Assembly: GCA_903876745.1 (NCBI GenBank)
Contig: CAIRBD010000066.1
Location: 1-49,203, forward strand
Length of the DNA stretch: 49,203 nucleotides
Direction of reading: 5' to 3'
From: an uncultured Gemmatimonadota bacterium
GTDB lineage: Bacteria > Gemmatimonadota > Gemmatimonadetes > Gemmatimonadales > Gemmatimonadaceae
Made by a program: the position numbers and the translations under genes. Position 1 is the stretch's first letter. The number at the start of each line of letters is the position of its first letter. The notes under the pieces were generated by a model, which saw only the letters and a list, made by a program, of their open reading frames with translations, did no database searches and was not told the origin of the DNA. Shown in pieces: positions 36,495 to 45,494 of this stretch.

Positions 36495-36530
36495 AAGCCC
36501 GGCGCGCGCTCGAAGGCGCGCGCCGGGCTT
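36495..36530. terminator. Bidirectional stem-loop between convergent genes (15-bp perfect GC-rich stem, 6-nt loop)
   Basis: AAGCCCGGCGCGCGC-tcgaag-GCGCGCGCCGGGCTT, read directly. Lies between the stop at 36482 (+) and the stop at 36574 (-). Confidence 0.75.
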
Positions 36531-36573
36531 GGTCGGTCGCGTGACGTTCCAGGTGAGCCGTGTCACCCCGCCG

Positions 36574-37581
36574 TTACTTGACCCCAAGATGCTTCTTGAA
36601 GAACGCCACGGTCAACGGCCATGCGTCCTTCGTGGCTGCGAGGTTCGCCTGTTGAGTCGTCGGGTTCGCTTGCTGTCCTGGCGCCGGCTGGTCATCTTGA
36701 GCCCTTAGGAACCCGTGGACGGCACCGTCGTAGTTCTTGCCGACATAGTCTTTCTTGAGCGCTTTCATCGCCGAATCGACCGCCGGCATTGCGGCGCCGA
36801 TGCGCGCATCCGCAGAGCCATTGAGCAGCATGGTCGGTACTTGGATCTTCGCAAGCGAATCGGCGATTGGCGTGGCGCCATTCATATAAGGAAGGCCGTA
36901 GTATGCGACGGCGGCCTTGAGGCCCTGACCGTTGAACACGGCATGTGCGAACACGGTTGATCCACCCCAGCAATAGCCGACCACGCCATATCTCTTCTCG
37001 GCGGAAGGTTGGTTCATCGCGTAAGAGGCGACGGCGACGATTCCCTTGTTGCGATCGCCATAGGTCACGCCGGAGATCAGCTTGCGCGCGGAATCAGACG
37101 AGAGCTCCACGGTACTCGGACCACCACGAACACGCGAGTTGAGATCCGGCGCGATGGCAATGAACCCTTCAGCAGCCATCTGGTCGGCCACCGACCGGAC
37201 CCACGTCGAAAGTCCGAAGATCTCGTGGATGACTACGATGACAGGCGCCTTTGTCGCTGACATCGGATAGACGATCCACGCCATGAGCGAGTCGCTCGAC
37301 CCGGGCTCCCAGGCGACCTTCACCCATTCTGCGTGACGGGGGCTGTTTGCGACCCTGGCGGCAGCGGTCGCCGCGCTGGGCGGCAACGTAGGACTCCCTT
37401 GGCCACCGACTCCGGCGTGCGGGGCGGGCTGGGCCGCCGACATGTCCATGGCCGACATGTGCGCCGAATGATCGTCCATGGCAGCCGATTTCGCGGGCTG
37501 CCAACGCTGGATGGTACACGCCGTGACCGAAAGCACCGCAAGCATGGCGAACGCAGCACGGCGGGATGCGGGAAACGACAT
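36574..37581 (-). CDS. Dienelactone hydrolase family lipoprotein
   Basis: Lipobox LSVTAC; DLH core VIVVIHEIFGL, nucleophile elbow GYCWGG, and C-terminal HGF. Confidence 0.85.
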   Translation of the reverse strand: MSFPASRRAAFAMLAVLSVTACTIQRWQPAKSAAMDDHSAHMSAMDMSAAQPAPHAGVGGQGSPTLPPSAATAAARVANSPRHAEWVKVAWEPGSSDSLMAWIVYPMSATKAPVIVVIHEIFGLSTWVRSVADQMAAEGFIAIAPDLNSRVRGGPSTVELSSDSARKLISGVTYGDRNKGIVAVASYAMNQPSAEKRYGVVGYCWGGSTVFAHAVFNGQGLKAAVAYYGLPYMNGATPIADSLAKIQVPTMLLNGSADARIGAAMPAVDSAMKALKKDYVGKNYDGAVHGFLRAQDDQPAPGQQANPTTQQANLAATKDAWPLTVAFFKKHLGVK

Positions 37582-37773
37582 GTCGAACTCCTCTCAGGGG
37601 GGACCGGGACAAGCGGCAGGCGAGCGAACGATAATGACCATCTCAACGGTTGCCGTCAACGTGTGCCGACGCCAACACGGGGTATTCTCTCTGAACGTCC
37701 ACGCAATGGCGAATGATCCCGGCGCGATGCAGGATTCAGGACCACGGAGTGTCGCACAGCGCGCCCTACCCTA

Positions 37774-40602
37774 ATGACGGTCACCATGTTGCTTCCCTTG
37801 CTGTTGTTGCTCCAGACCCGCGCCACTGCTCCTTCTGTCCCTCGGCGTGTGGTTGCGGACCCCGGAGTCATCGCCACGGAACAGCGAGTGACCCCGGCAG
37901 GTGTCCAGACGGTGTTCGACGGACGCGTCGGCGGTGTGCGGTTTGGCGCGACGGCGAGCGAGATATGGGTGGCGGTTCCCGGAGGGGTGTATCGCCTGAG
38001 TTGGCGCGACAATCGGGTGATCGCGCATGGAGCGTATGAAGGCCGTGCCGGCGTCCACGGCGTGGCGTTCGATCCTTCCACGAACCATGCGTACGTGACG
38101 TCAGTGGGAATGCTCCCCGGGGTACTCGCCACGAGCCGCATTCCCGGAACAAAGATCTTGCCGGAAGCCCGCGTCAGCGCTCAACTGAATGCATTTCAGG
38201 GCGGCACCACAACTCCATCCGCGTCGTTGAGTGATATCACTCCGCGTGGCGCCACCCAAGGATTCGACCGCGACCGAAGCGTTGCTGCTGCCCCTGTGGT
38301 TTTCGCACCAGATTCCGTCGGCGACTACATGGCTGGAGGTCCTGCCGTCGCTCGGTCACGCAACTCGTCAGGACACCGCGTGGCGGTCGTACCGCTTCCC
38401 GCAAACGACGCGCTCGCGATCGTCGATGCCGATGACGGGACGACGATCGGCACAGTTGCGCTCGGTGTGCTCCCGGTCGCCTCTGTGATCAGCGAGGATG
38501 GCGCGGTGGCGTGGGTGACGGTCTTTGGCGGAGCCAAGCCGAGCCGCCGTGATCGCATGGCCTCGCAGTGCTGCGACCCTCGGATCGAACCTGTTCGTGT
38601 TGATGCGACCGGGATCGCCGAACGGGGAACGGTCGTTCGCGTCGATCTCATCCGTCGCGTCGTTACCCACACGCTCGAGGTGGGGCGGCATCCCACGGGT
38701 CTTGCGTGGGATACCACCCGAGCCCGGTTGTACATCGCCAACGGCAACTCCGATGACATCACCGTCGTGGATACACGCGCGGGCACTGTCATGGGCACGA
38801 TCGAAATCGTGCCGTTCCATGAAAAGAAGATCGGCTATGCTCCAACAGCTGTCGCGTTGGCGCCCGGTGGACGAACGCTGTATGTCACACTCGGCGGCCT
38901 GAACGCGGTTGCCGTGTACGACGTGTCGAGGGACCGGCCGGCGAACGCCAGGCTCGACGGCCTGATTCCCACCGGCTGGTATCCGAACACGATCGACGTA
39001 AGCGCCGACCACAGCACTCTTGTCGTTGGCACGCTGCTCGGTGTCGGTTCGGGGCAGTCGACCACCGCCGCGCCGCCGGGAAAAAGCGGGGGCTTCGTGC
39101 ACGCGAATCGTGGATCGGTGAACGTGATCACCGTGCCGACCGCTTCGGAGTTGTCGGCGTACACCATGAGTGTCTCACAAAACAATCGGTTGACGCTTGT
39201 CCGTGATGCGGCGCGCGACATGGCCGCGCGCATCGGAGCCGCGACCCGCCCGGTTCCTGAACGTCCGGGCGAGCCGAGTCGCATCGAACACGTCGTGTAC
39301 ATCATCCGAGAGAATCGCACCTATGATCAAGTGCTCGGCGATATCGGCAAAGGGGCAAGCGACCCGTCGTTGACGATGTACGGCCGGGATGTCACACCAA
39401 ACGCGCATGCGCTCGCCGAGCAGTTCGTGCTGCTTGATCATTTCTTCGCGTCGGGCGGAAACAGCGCCGACGGCCATCAGTGGCTGACGCAGGCGAATGA
39501 GACCGAGTATCCGTATTGGCCGCTCTATCACGGGCGCAGTTATCCCAGCGAAGGAAACGACCCGCTCACCTATAGCGCAGGCGGATTTCTCTGGGAAGCA
39601 GCGCGGTCGAAGGGCCGGCGGGTGACCGTGTTCGGCGAGTTTGCGCCGGCGCCAAGTGATTCGATTTCCGGCGTGCGCGCGAAACTGCTCGAACAGTTTC
39701 GGGACTCACAGCCACATCGCCCGGCGTATTTCCGCGACCTGCTCAAGCGGATGTACGACACGCGGAGTGAGATCCCGTCGCTCGACCGCATCCTCGTGCG
39801 TGAATATCCCGGATGGACCCAGGAGGTCCCGGACGTCGTGAAGGCGGACGTCGTCCTGGATCATCTGGCGGCGTGGGAGCGGTCGAAGCAGATGCCCCAC
39901 CTGACAATGATCATTCTGCCGAGCGATCACACCGTAGGTACGACGCCGGGATGGTGCACGCCGCGCGCCTGCGTGGCGGACAACGACCTGGCCCTTGGCC
40001 GGATCGTGGAGGCACTCTCGCATTCCCAGTTTTGGCCATCCATGGCCGTTTTGGTGGTGGAGGACGACGCGCAGAACGGCGTGGACCACATCGACGGACA
40101 CCGTACGGTGGCGCTGGTGGCGAGTCCATGGGCGCGCCGGGGAGCGATCGACAGCACGTTCTACGGACAACCTTCCATGGTGAAGACCATCGAGCTAATG
40201 CTCGGACTGCCTGCGCTGTCCATGTTCGACTTGGTTGCAACACCGATGTATGCGAGCTTCCTCGACGCGGCTTCGCCGCCCGACTTCAGGGCATTCACTG
40301 CGATCGTCCCGGTTCAGGATATCTACGAGAAGAACGTCAAACTCAGCGCGGTCACCGGACCGCACGCGGTCGAACGTCGACGCGCATCGCTGGCGAGCTC
40401 TCGAATGAACTTCCGGGAGCCTGATGCGGCGCCGTCGGACGCGCTCAACGTGATACTGTGGCACGATGCACGCGGCTGGGATGTTCCATACCCCGGGGTC
40501 CGGCGCGGCCTGTTCTTCCCGAGCGGTGTTGATCTTTCGGATGAGGAACGTGAAGACCGGCGTGAGCGCGTGGTACCAAGGCGAAAGCCAGGCTCTCTCT
40601 GA
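37774..40602 (+). CDS. Bifunctional-type protein: N-terminal YncE/YVTN-like beta-propeller fused to a phosphoesterase (phospholipase C/AcpA, alkaline-phosphatase superfamily) domain
   Basis: 942 aa with a signal peptide. Propeller-type repeats (…LYIANGNSDDITVVD…, …LYVTLGGLNAVAVYD…). The phosphoesterase core follows (HVVYIIRENRTYDQVLGD, GGNSADGHQW, ILPSDHT, VVEDDAQNGVDHIDGHRT). Confidence 0.8.
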   Translation: MTVTMLLPLLLLLQTRATAPSVPRRVVADPGVIATEQRVTPAGVQTVFDGRVGGVRFGATASEIWVAVPGGVYRLSWRDNRVIAHGAYEGRAGVHGVAFDPSTNHAYVTSVGMLPGVLATSRIPGTKILPEARVSAQLNAFQGGTTTPSASLSDITPRGATQGFDRDRSVAAAPVVFAPDSVGDYMAGGPAVARSRNSSGHRVAVVPLPANDALAIVDADDGTTIGTVALGVLPVASVISEDGAVAWVTVFGGAKPSRRDRMASQCCDPRIEPVRVDATGIAERGTVVRVDLIRRVVTHTLEVGRHPTGLAWDTTRARLYIANGNSDDITVVDTRAGTVMGTIEIVPFHEKKIGYAPTAVALAPGGRTLYVTLGGLNAVAVYDVSRDRPANARLDGLIPTGWYPNTIDVSADHSTLVVGTLLGVGSGQSTTAAPPGKSGGFVHANRGSVNVITVPTASELSAYTMSVSQNNRLTLVRDAARDMAARIGAATRPVPERPGEPSRIEHVVYIIRENRTYDQVLGDIGKGASDPSLTMYGRDVTPNAHALAEQFVLLDHFFASGGNSADGHQWLTQANETEYPYWPLYHGRSYPSEGNDPLTYSAGGFLWEAARSKGRRVTVFGEFAPAPSDSISGVRAKLLEQFRDSQPHRPAYFRDLLKRMYDTRSEIPSLDRILVREYPGWTQEVPDVVKADVVLDHLAAWERSKQMPHLTMIILPSDHTVGTTPGWCTPRACVADNDLALGRIVEALSHSQFWPSMAVLVVEDDAQNGVDHIDGHRTVALVASPWARRGAIDSTFYGQPSMVKTIELMLGLPALSMFDLVATPMYASFLDAASPPDFRAFTAIVPVQDIYEKNVKLSAVTGPHAVERRRASLASSRMNFREPDAAPSDALNVILWHDARGWDVPYPGVRRGLFFPSGVDLSDEEREDRRERVVPRRKPGSL

Positions 40603-40636
40603 GTGCCGATCGGCGTGGCGTTGGCTGCGTGCGTAG

Positions 40637-41260
40637 CTACCGGTCGATCGCAGGCGAGGACACACGGACGTGAGCTGGTTCCACGAGCACGTCGATCGGT
40701 CCCTTGTCAGACGTGAGCGCCATACGTGGAATGGCGCGCAGGGTCGTGGCGTCCATGATGAACGGAAGCCCGGTATCGATTCCGCGCGGGTAGGCATTCC
40801 ATTGCTTTAGGTGGTGCGCGAGTCGCTCGAGAGCTTCCGGCACGGCCTCGACGCGGATCGTCCAAATCTCCGAAAGTTGATGCGGCGGTTTCGCGCTCGC
40901 GAACGATTGACGTGGGCGGCCCCGCTTCTTGGGGGGGGCAAAGATGAGCGCCGCGGCGAGGGCTCCGTTGCAGGTCGATTGAAAGCGCTCGAGGTCTATC
41001 GTGAGCGCCACCGACTGATCCACGCTGGTGGGAAAGGTGACATGGTGCGCGGTGGCGGGAGAGGACTCCCGGAGCGTTGCGTCCGCGGTCTGTGCGGCTG
41101 CAGCGAGTGGTAGTCCGAGCTCCGAGCTGAGGATTCGCACAAGTCCCCACCAACGAGCTCCGCTGGGGGTGCGATGCAGTCGCCGCTTGAGAATCCGAGA
41201 CGAGTTCGAAAGCCACGTCACGCTGGACCGAGAAGCAAGCGCGAGTTGCAGGAGCGTCAT
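40637..41260 (-). CDS. Hypothetical protein with a canonical AT-hook (KKRGRPRQ)
   Basis: 207 aa with GC-rich third positions, consistent with a native coding region. Central PPKKRGRPRQS AT-hook core. The C-terminal ...TSDKGPIDVLVEP... segment is faintly nucleotidyltransferase/AbiE-like, but no confident family. There is no SD; the ATG abuts an AT-rich repeat. Confidence 0.55.
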   Translation of the reverse strand: MTLLQLALASRSSVTWLSNSSRILKRRLHRTPSGARWWGLVRILSSELGLPLAAAAQTADATLRESSPATAHHVTFPTSVDQSVALTIDLERFQSTCNGALAAALIFAPPKKRGRPRQSFASAKPPHQLSEIWTIRVEAVPEALERLAHHLKQWNAYPRGIDTGLPFIMDATTLRAIPRMALTSDKGPIDVLVEPAHVRVSSPAIDR

Positions 41261-41263
41261 ATT

Positions 41264-41348
41264 TAATGATACTAACTACAATTCTTTTTCATAGCACCCA
41301 GTATCAACCCGTGGTCCGGTGTTCGTCAATAATGATAACAATTCTCAT
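41264..41348. repeat. Two AT-rich direct repeats: TAATGATA[CTAACT]ACAATTCT[TTTT]CAT (41264-41292) and TAATGATAACAATTCTCAT (41330-41348)
   Basis: Read directly. The blocks TAATGATA and ACAATTCT are identical in both copies. Located immediately upstream of the AT-hook gene start. Confidence 0.7.
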
Positions 41349-41494
41349 CCAAGGCGTGCCTTGGTAGTCTTGCCTCGAAGGTCGGCGTCCGTCAGGTGAG
41401 TTGAATGAAGAAGAAGACAGAAAAACAGAGGATCTTCGTGCCTCGCCGTGAACATCAACAACACACTTACGCGCCACAAACAGACCACGCAAAC

Positions 41495-42490
41495 TTAGTT
41501 GTCATTACCTGAGAGCCACTGGACAACGCGCTCTTCCATATAGTACCTCGGGCGCCACGGTTGACCTTCTACCCACCCAACGTGGCCACCCCGATCCGGG
41601 AACTCCAGGGTGAGATACTCACTGTGCTCTGCGATCCGGCGAACTCCGTTGAGCACCGAGACAGGCAAGAACGGATCGTCTTCCGCGCTGAGAAGTAGTG
41701 TCGGGACCCGAACATTCTGAATGAAGCGAATCGAGCTCGACTGGTGGTAGTAGTCATGCGCATCAGCGAATCCGTGTAGCGGTCCGGTAATCAGGTTATC
41801 GAAATCCCGAAAGGTCCGAGCAGCGAGCAGCTCTGACCTGTCGACCAGTCCGGGGTACTGCTTCAGCTTCTCGAGCGTCTTCTCGGTGAGGGTGTTCAGG
41901 AAGTGTCGCACATAGTGACGCGCAAACCCTGTTTCCATGAAGATCGATCCCGCCTCCAGGTCGAAGGGCACGCTCACACCAGCGGCGCGGCGCAGCTGCG
42001 GGGGCACAGCATCGCCGAGTTCGCCCAGCCATTTGAGCGTCACGTTTCCGCCCAGCGAGACACCGCAAATTACGAGATTGATGTCTGGGTCTCGCTCGAT
42101 GAGCGTGCGTACCACGAAATCGATATCCTCTGTCTCCCCCGAGTGGTAGAACCGCCGGGCCGTATTGGCCTCTCCATCGCAAGAACGGAACATCATGAGG
42201 TCGCCGCTCCAGCCAAGGGTGCGGGCTTGGCTGAGCAGGCCGTGCGCGTACTTGGCGGTGACCTTTCCCTCCAGGCCGTGCAATACGAGTAAGTGGGGGA
42301 TTCCTGGCCTCGCCGTGCCCATGCGCACAAGTGTCACGTGATCGCCGTCTGGAGTGGTGAGTCGCTCCAGTCGATCATGCACCACGGGACGTTGCCGGCC
42401 GAGCTTTCCCCACATGGTCGGAAGATGGGGTCCTGGAAGCCACCAGGCTGGACGGAAATGTGAACGGACTTCAGGCATTCGGTCGGACAC
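41495..42490 (-). CDS. Alpha/beta hydrolase, YheT/ABHD1-3-like family
   Basis: 331 aa with HGLEG, nucleophile motif GVSLGGN, and the overall length and pattern of the YheT family. Confidence 0.8.
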   Translation of the reverse strand: MSDRMPEVRSHFRPAWWLPGPHLPTMWGKLGRQRPVVHDRLERLTTPDGDHVTLVRMGTARPGIPHLLVLHGLEGKVTAKYAHGLLSQARTLGWSGDLMMFRSCDGEANTARRFYHSGETEDIDFVVRTLIERDPDINLVICGVSLGGNVTLKWLGELGDAVPPQLRRAAGVSVPFDLEAGSIFMETGFARHYVRHFLNTLTEKTLEKLKQYPGLVDRSELLAARTFRDFDNLITGPLHGFADAHDYYHQSSSIRFIQNVRVPTLLLSAEDDPFLPVSVLNGVRRIAEHSEYLTLEFPDRGGHVGWVEGQPWRPRYYMEERVVQWLSGNDN

Positions 42491-42626
42491 TCGGTGAATG
42501 GCGGGAAGGTGGACGATGACGATGGCATGTGGTCACGAACGTAGTGCATCGCTTCTGCACGTCGAGCGATATAATAGTAGCGAATCACGATACGCCCTTT
42601 CCGCACCCCTCGCCATAATGCTTGCC

Positions 42627-42986
42627 ATGGAAGTGCAGATCTTCGGAACCAACAAGAGTCAGGAGACGAAGAGAGCGCAGCGGTTCTTCGCTGAGCGCCG
42701 AGTGAAAGTGCACTTCGTCGATCTCAGGGAACGGGCGGCTAGCAAGGGGGAGCTCCAGCGGTTCGCGCAGAAGTTCGGGTTGACCGCCTTGATAGACAAG
42801 ACGTCGCGGCGCTATCAGGATCTGGGGCTCGGTGCGGTGCGATATACGGACGAACGCTGGCTGGAGACGTTGGTGAACGAGCCGCTTGTGCTCGTGCAGC
42901 CACTCGTCCGGTGGCAACATAAAGTCACGATCGGCGCGTCCGAGGCCGACTGGAAGGACTGGGTAGAGGTGGCGAAGCATGCGTGA
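42627..42986 (+). CDS. ArsC/Spx/YffB-family protein (thioredoxin-like), with the active-site Cys position occupied by Ser
   Basis: MEVQIFGTNKSQETKRAQRFFAERRVKVHFVDL... matches the ArsC-family N-terminus, but reads NKS where relatives usually have a Cys. The alternative start ATG 18 nt... 9 nt upstream at 42618 is possible. A TATAAT box lies at about 42569. Confidence 0.75.
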   Translation: MEVQIFGTNKSQETKRAQRFFAERRVKVHFVDLRERAASKGELQRFAQKFGLTALIDKTSRRYQDLGLGAVRYTDERWLETLVNEPLVLVQPLVRWQHKVTIGASEADWKDWVEVAKHA

Positions 42987-43025
42987 CGCACCAGCGCGTC
43001 CCCGGGCGATCTCAAGGAGACCCTC

Positions 43026-44018
43026 ATGCTGCTGATGTGGACGGGTTTTCTCGGTTTTGTCGGCATCCTGTTGGCGCTCGATCTTGGCATCTTCAACAAG
43101 ACGGCGCACACCCCGACCGTTCGCGAGGCGCTCGCGTTCACCGCGATGACGGTGGCTTTGGCGCTCGGGTTCGCGGGGTTCCTCTATGAAGCGTATGACC
43201 TGCACTGGCAAGGGCTCGGGCTGGTTCGCGACGCCGTGGATGGACAGATCAACAGCGGGCGCCTGGCGACGATGAAGTTCCTGACGGGCTACATCGTCGA
43301 GATGAGCCTGAGCATGGACAACGTATTCGTGATCGCGCTCATCTTCGAACACCTCAAGGTCCCTCGCACACTCCAGCATCGCGTCCTGTTCTGGGGCATC
43401 CTCGGTGCGCTCGTGATGCGCGGTGCGATGATCGGCGGTGGTACGGCGCTCGTTGCGAGGTACCACGGGGTGCTCTATCTCTTCGGAGCATTCCTCATAT
43501 ACACGGCGGCGAAGATGCTGCTGGCCAAGGAAAAGGAAGAGGCGCCGGAGGAAGCCTGGATCGTTGGGTGGCTGAATAGACATTTTCGCGTGACACGCGA
43601 GTTCCAGGGCAAACACTTTGCGGTGCTGGCGAACGGCCGATGGTGCCTGACACCACTGGCTGTCTCGCTGGTACTCGTGGAGACGACCGACCTGGTGTTC
43701 GCTGTCGATTCGATTCCCGCGATCTTCGCGATCACGACGGATGCATTCCTGGTCTTTACGTCGAACGTGTTCGCTATCCTGTGCCTGCGATCACTCTACT
43801 TCGGTCTCGCGGGACTCATCGAGAAGTTCCGGTACCTCAAGGTCTCCCTCGCCGTCATCCTCGGGATCGTCGGAGTGAAGATGCTGGCGGCGCGATGGCT
43901 CAGCCCCATGCTCGGCGAATCACAGAACACGGTGATGCTCGTGATCGTGGCTGGTATCCTGCTGGCCGGCGCGGCAGCGAGTCTGATCGCGGATCGTAAG
44001 CGGAAGAATCCGGCGTGA
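43026..44018 (+). CDS. TerC-family integral membrane protein
   Basis: 330 aa with E(M)SLSMDNVFVIALIF and the duplicated ...FAVDSIPAIFAIT... TerC motifs. Confidence 0.9.
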   Translation: MLLMWTGFLGFVGILLALDLGIFNKTAHTPTVREALAFTAMTVALALGFAGFLYEAYDLHWQGLGLVRDAVDGQINSGRLATMKFLTGYIVEMSLSMDNVFVIALIFEHLKVPRTLQHRVLFWGILGALVMRGAMIGGGTALVARYHGVLYLFGAFLIYTAAKMLLAKEKEEAPEEAWIVGWLNRHFRVTREFQGKHFAVLANGRWCLTPLAVSLVLVETTDLVFAVDSIPAIFAITTDAFLVFTSNVFAILCLRSLYFGLAGLIEKFRYLKVSLAVILGIVGVKMLAARWLSPMLGESQNTVMLVIVAGILLAGAAASLIADRKRKNPA

Positions 44019-44028
44019 CACCGCGGAG

Positions 44029-45348
44029 CTAGAAGCGCATCGTGTCCACCGACCGCACGGCGGACATCAAGACCTCGGCTCCCCGAGCGATCGCTTCGGG
44101 AGAGGAGAATTCCGCGGGCGCGTGGCTGATTCCGTCGACACTGGGAACGAAGATCATCCCCATTGGGCAAACCCGCGCGAGGTTCTGTGCGTCGTGGCCG
44201 GCACCGCTCGGGAGCGACATCGTCGAATACCTGAACGCCTTGGCGCCCTCATCGATCTTCGCGCGGATCCGCGAATCACAACGGGCACTCTCGTGGGTGA
44301 CGAACTCACGGAAGGCGAAGGAGGTGCCGTTGCTGTTCGCGAGTCCTTCTGCTTCCAGGCGCACCTGATCGAATAACCGCTGGATCTTCGTGTCGTCGAG
44401 GTCGCGAAGTTCGAGCGTGCACTCCACCCGACCCGGAATTACGTTCGGGGCGCCAGGGAACGCCTGAATCCGTCCGACCGTGCCGACCTGACGTCCGGGC
44501 GCGGAGGTGACGATTCGATTCACCATCTCGGTGAATCGTGCCGCCGACAGCATGGCGTCATGACGGTCTGGCATCGGCGTGGTTCCGGCGTGATTGGCAA
44601 CACCGGAGATGGTGACCGCCCACTGGCGGAGGCCAACGATGCCTTCGACGACGCCGATATGAACGCCGGCCTTGTCCAGCAGGCCGCCTTGTTCGATGTG
44701 CAGTTCGAGGTAGGCGTGCACCATGCCCTTCGTGATGCGTGCGTCCTTGAGTCGACTCGGGTCACCGCCGAGCATCGAAATGCCGTCCCGAATGGACTTT
44801 CCGCTCGAGGCGACCGTGGACAGTTCACGCTCGGTCGGTTCCTGTGTCACGAGGTGGCTCCCCCACGTGCCCCCTTCTTCGTTCTGCCACACCACGACAT
44901 CGAGGGGGTGGACGGTGACGACGCCGGCCTCTTTGAGCGCCTGTGCGACTTCGATGGCTCCCATCGTCCCGACCGGACCGTCGAAATTCCCGCCTTCAGG
45001 CACCGAGTCGACATGCGAGCCGAACAGGATAGGACGGGCATCGGGGTCGCTTCCCGCACGGCGACCGAAGATGTTGCCTGCCGCATCGATACGGACCGTG
45101 AGCCCCGCGTCGGCCATGAGAGATCTGACATACGCCCGGGCCTGCACGTCAGCGTCGGAATACGCGACGCGCGACACCCCTCCCTGGGGATTCTTCCCGA
45201 AGCGCGCGAGCGCGGTGAGATGCGCGTTCAGGCGTTCGGCATTGATCGCCGGGCTTCCGGCGAGAGAAAGAGCCGCCCGAAGGGAGCGAGGCAGAACGGC
45301 GCTGGATACGGCCGCTCCGGCAAGACCAGCGAATTGGCGACGACGCAT
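44029..45348 (-). CDS. M20-family amidohydrolase (allantoate amidohydrolase / N-carbamoyl-L-amino-acid hydrolase type) with a Tat-like signal
   Basis: MRRRQFAGLAGAAV twin-arginine N-terminus, GSHVDSVPEGGNFDGPVG metal-binding motif, and the dimerisation domain pattern of the AmaB/AllC family. Confidence 0.85.
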   Translation of the reverse strand: MRRRQFAGLAGAAVSSAVLPRSLRAALSLAGSPAINAERLNAHLTALARFGKNPQGGVSRVAYSDADVQARAYVRSLMADAGLTVRIDAAGNIFGRRAGSDPDARPILFGSHVDSVPEGGNFDGPVGTMGAIEVAQALKEAGVVTVHPLDVVVWQNEEGGTWGSHLVTQEPTERELSTVASSGKSIRDGISMLGGDPSRLKDARITKGMVHAYLELHIEQGGLLDKAGVHIGVVEGIVGLRQWAVTISGVANHAGTTPMPDRHDAMLSAARFTEMVNRIVTSAPGRQVGTVGRIQAFPGAPNVIPGRVECTLELRDLDDTKIQRLFDQVRLEAEGLANSNGTSFAFREFVTHESARCDSRIRAKIDEGAKAFRYSTMSLPSGAGHDAQNLARVCPMGMIFVPSVDGISHAPAEFSSPEAIARGAEVLMSAVRSVDTMRF

Positions 45349-45494
45349 GCCGAGAAGATACGTCGAGGTCGCGTTCCTTCGGGAGGCGTGGGCACGGCGG
45401 GATTCCCGGGTGCGGACGGTAGTCCATTTGCGGCGGTGCCGTCATCGTCGACATCTTGCACACGACCAATGTGTCCGTCCCCGGGCCAAAGACC

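Noticed and set aside
41304-41492. 62-aa minus-strand ORF in the AT-rich spacer.
   Set aside because: The composition is low-complexity (SSSSF, IIIID). It spans the repeat and hairpin region, has no SD and no family resemblance. It is more likely non-coding.
42987-43025. Expected yybP-ykoY (Mn) riboswitch upstream of the TerC-family gene.
   Set aside because: Only 39 nt separate it from the preceding ORF, far too short for that leader, and I saw no matching conserved blocks.
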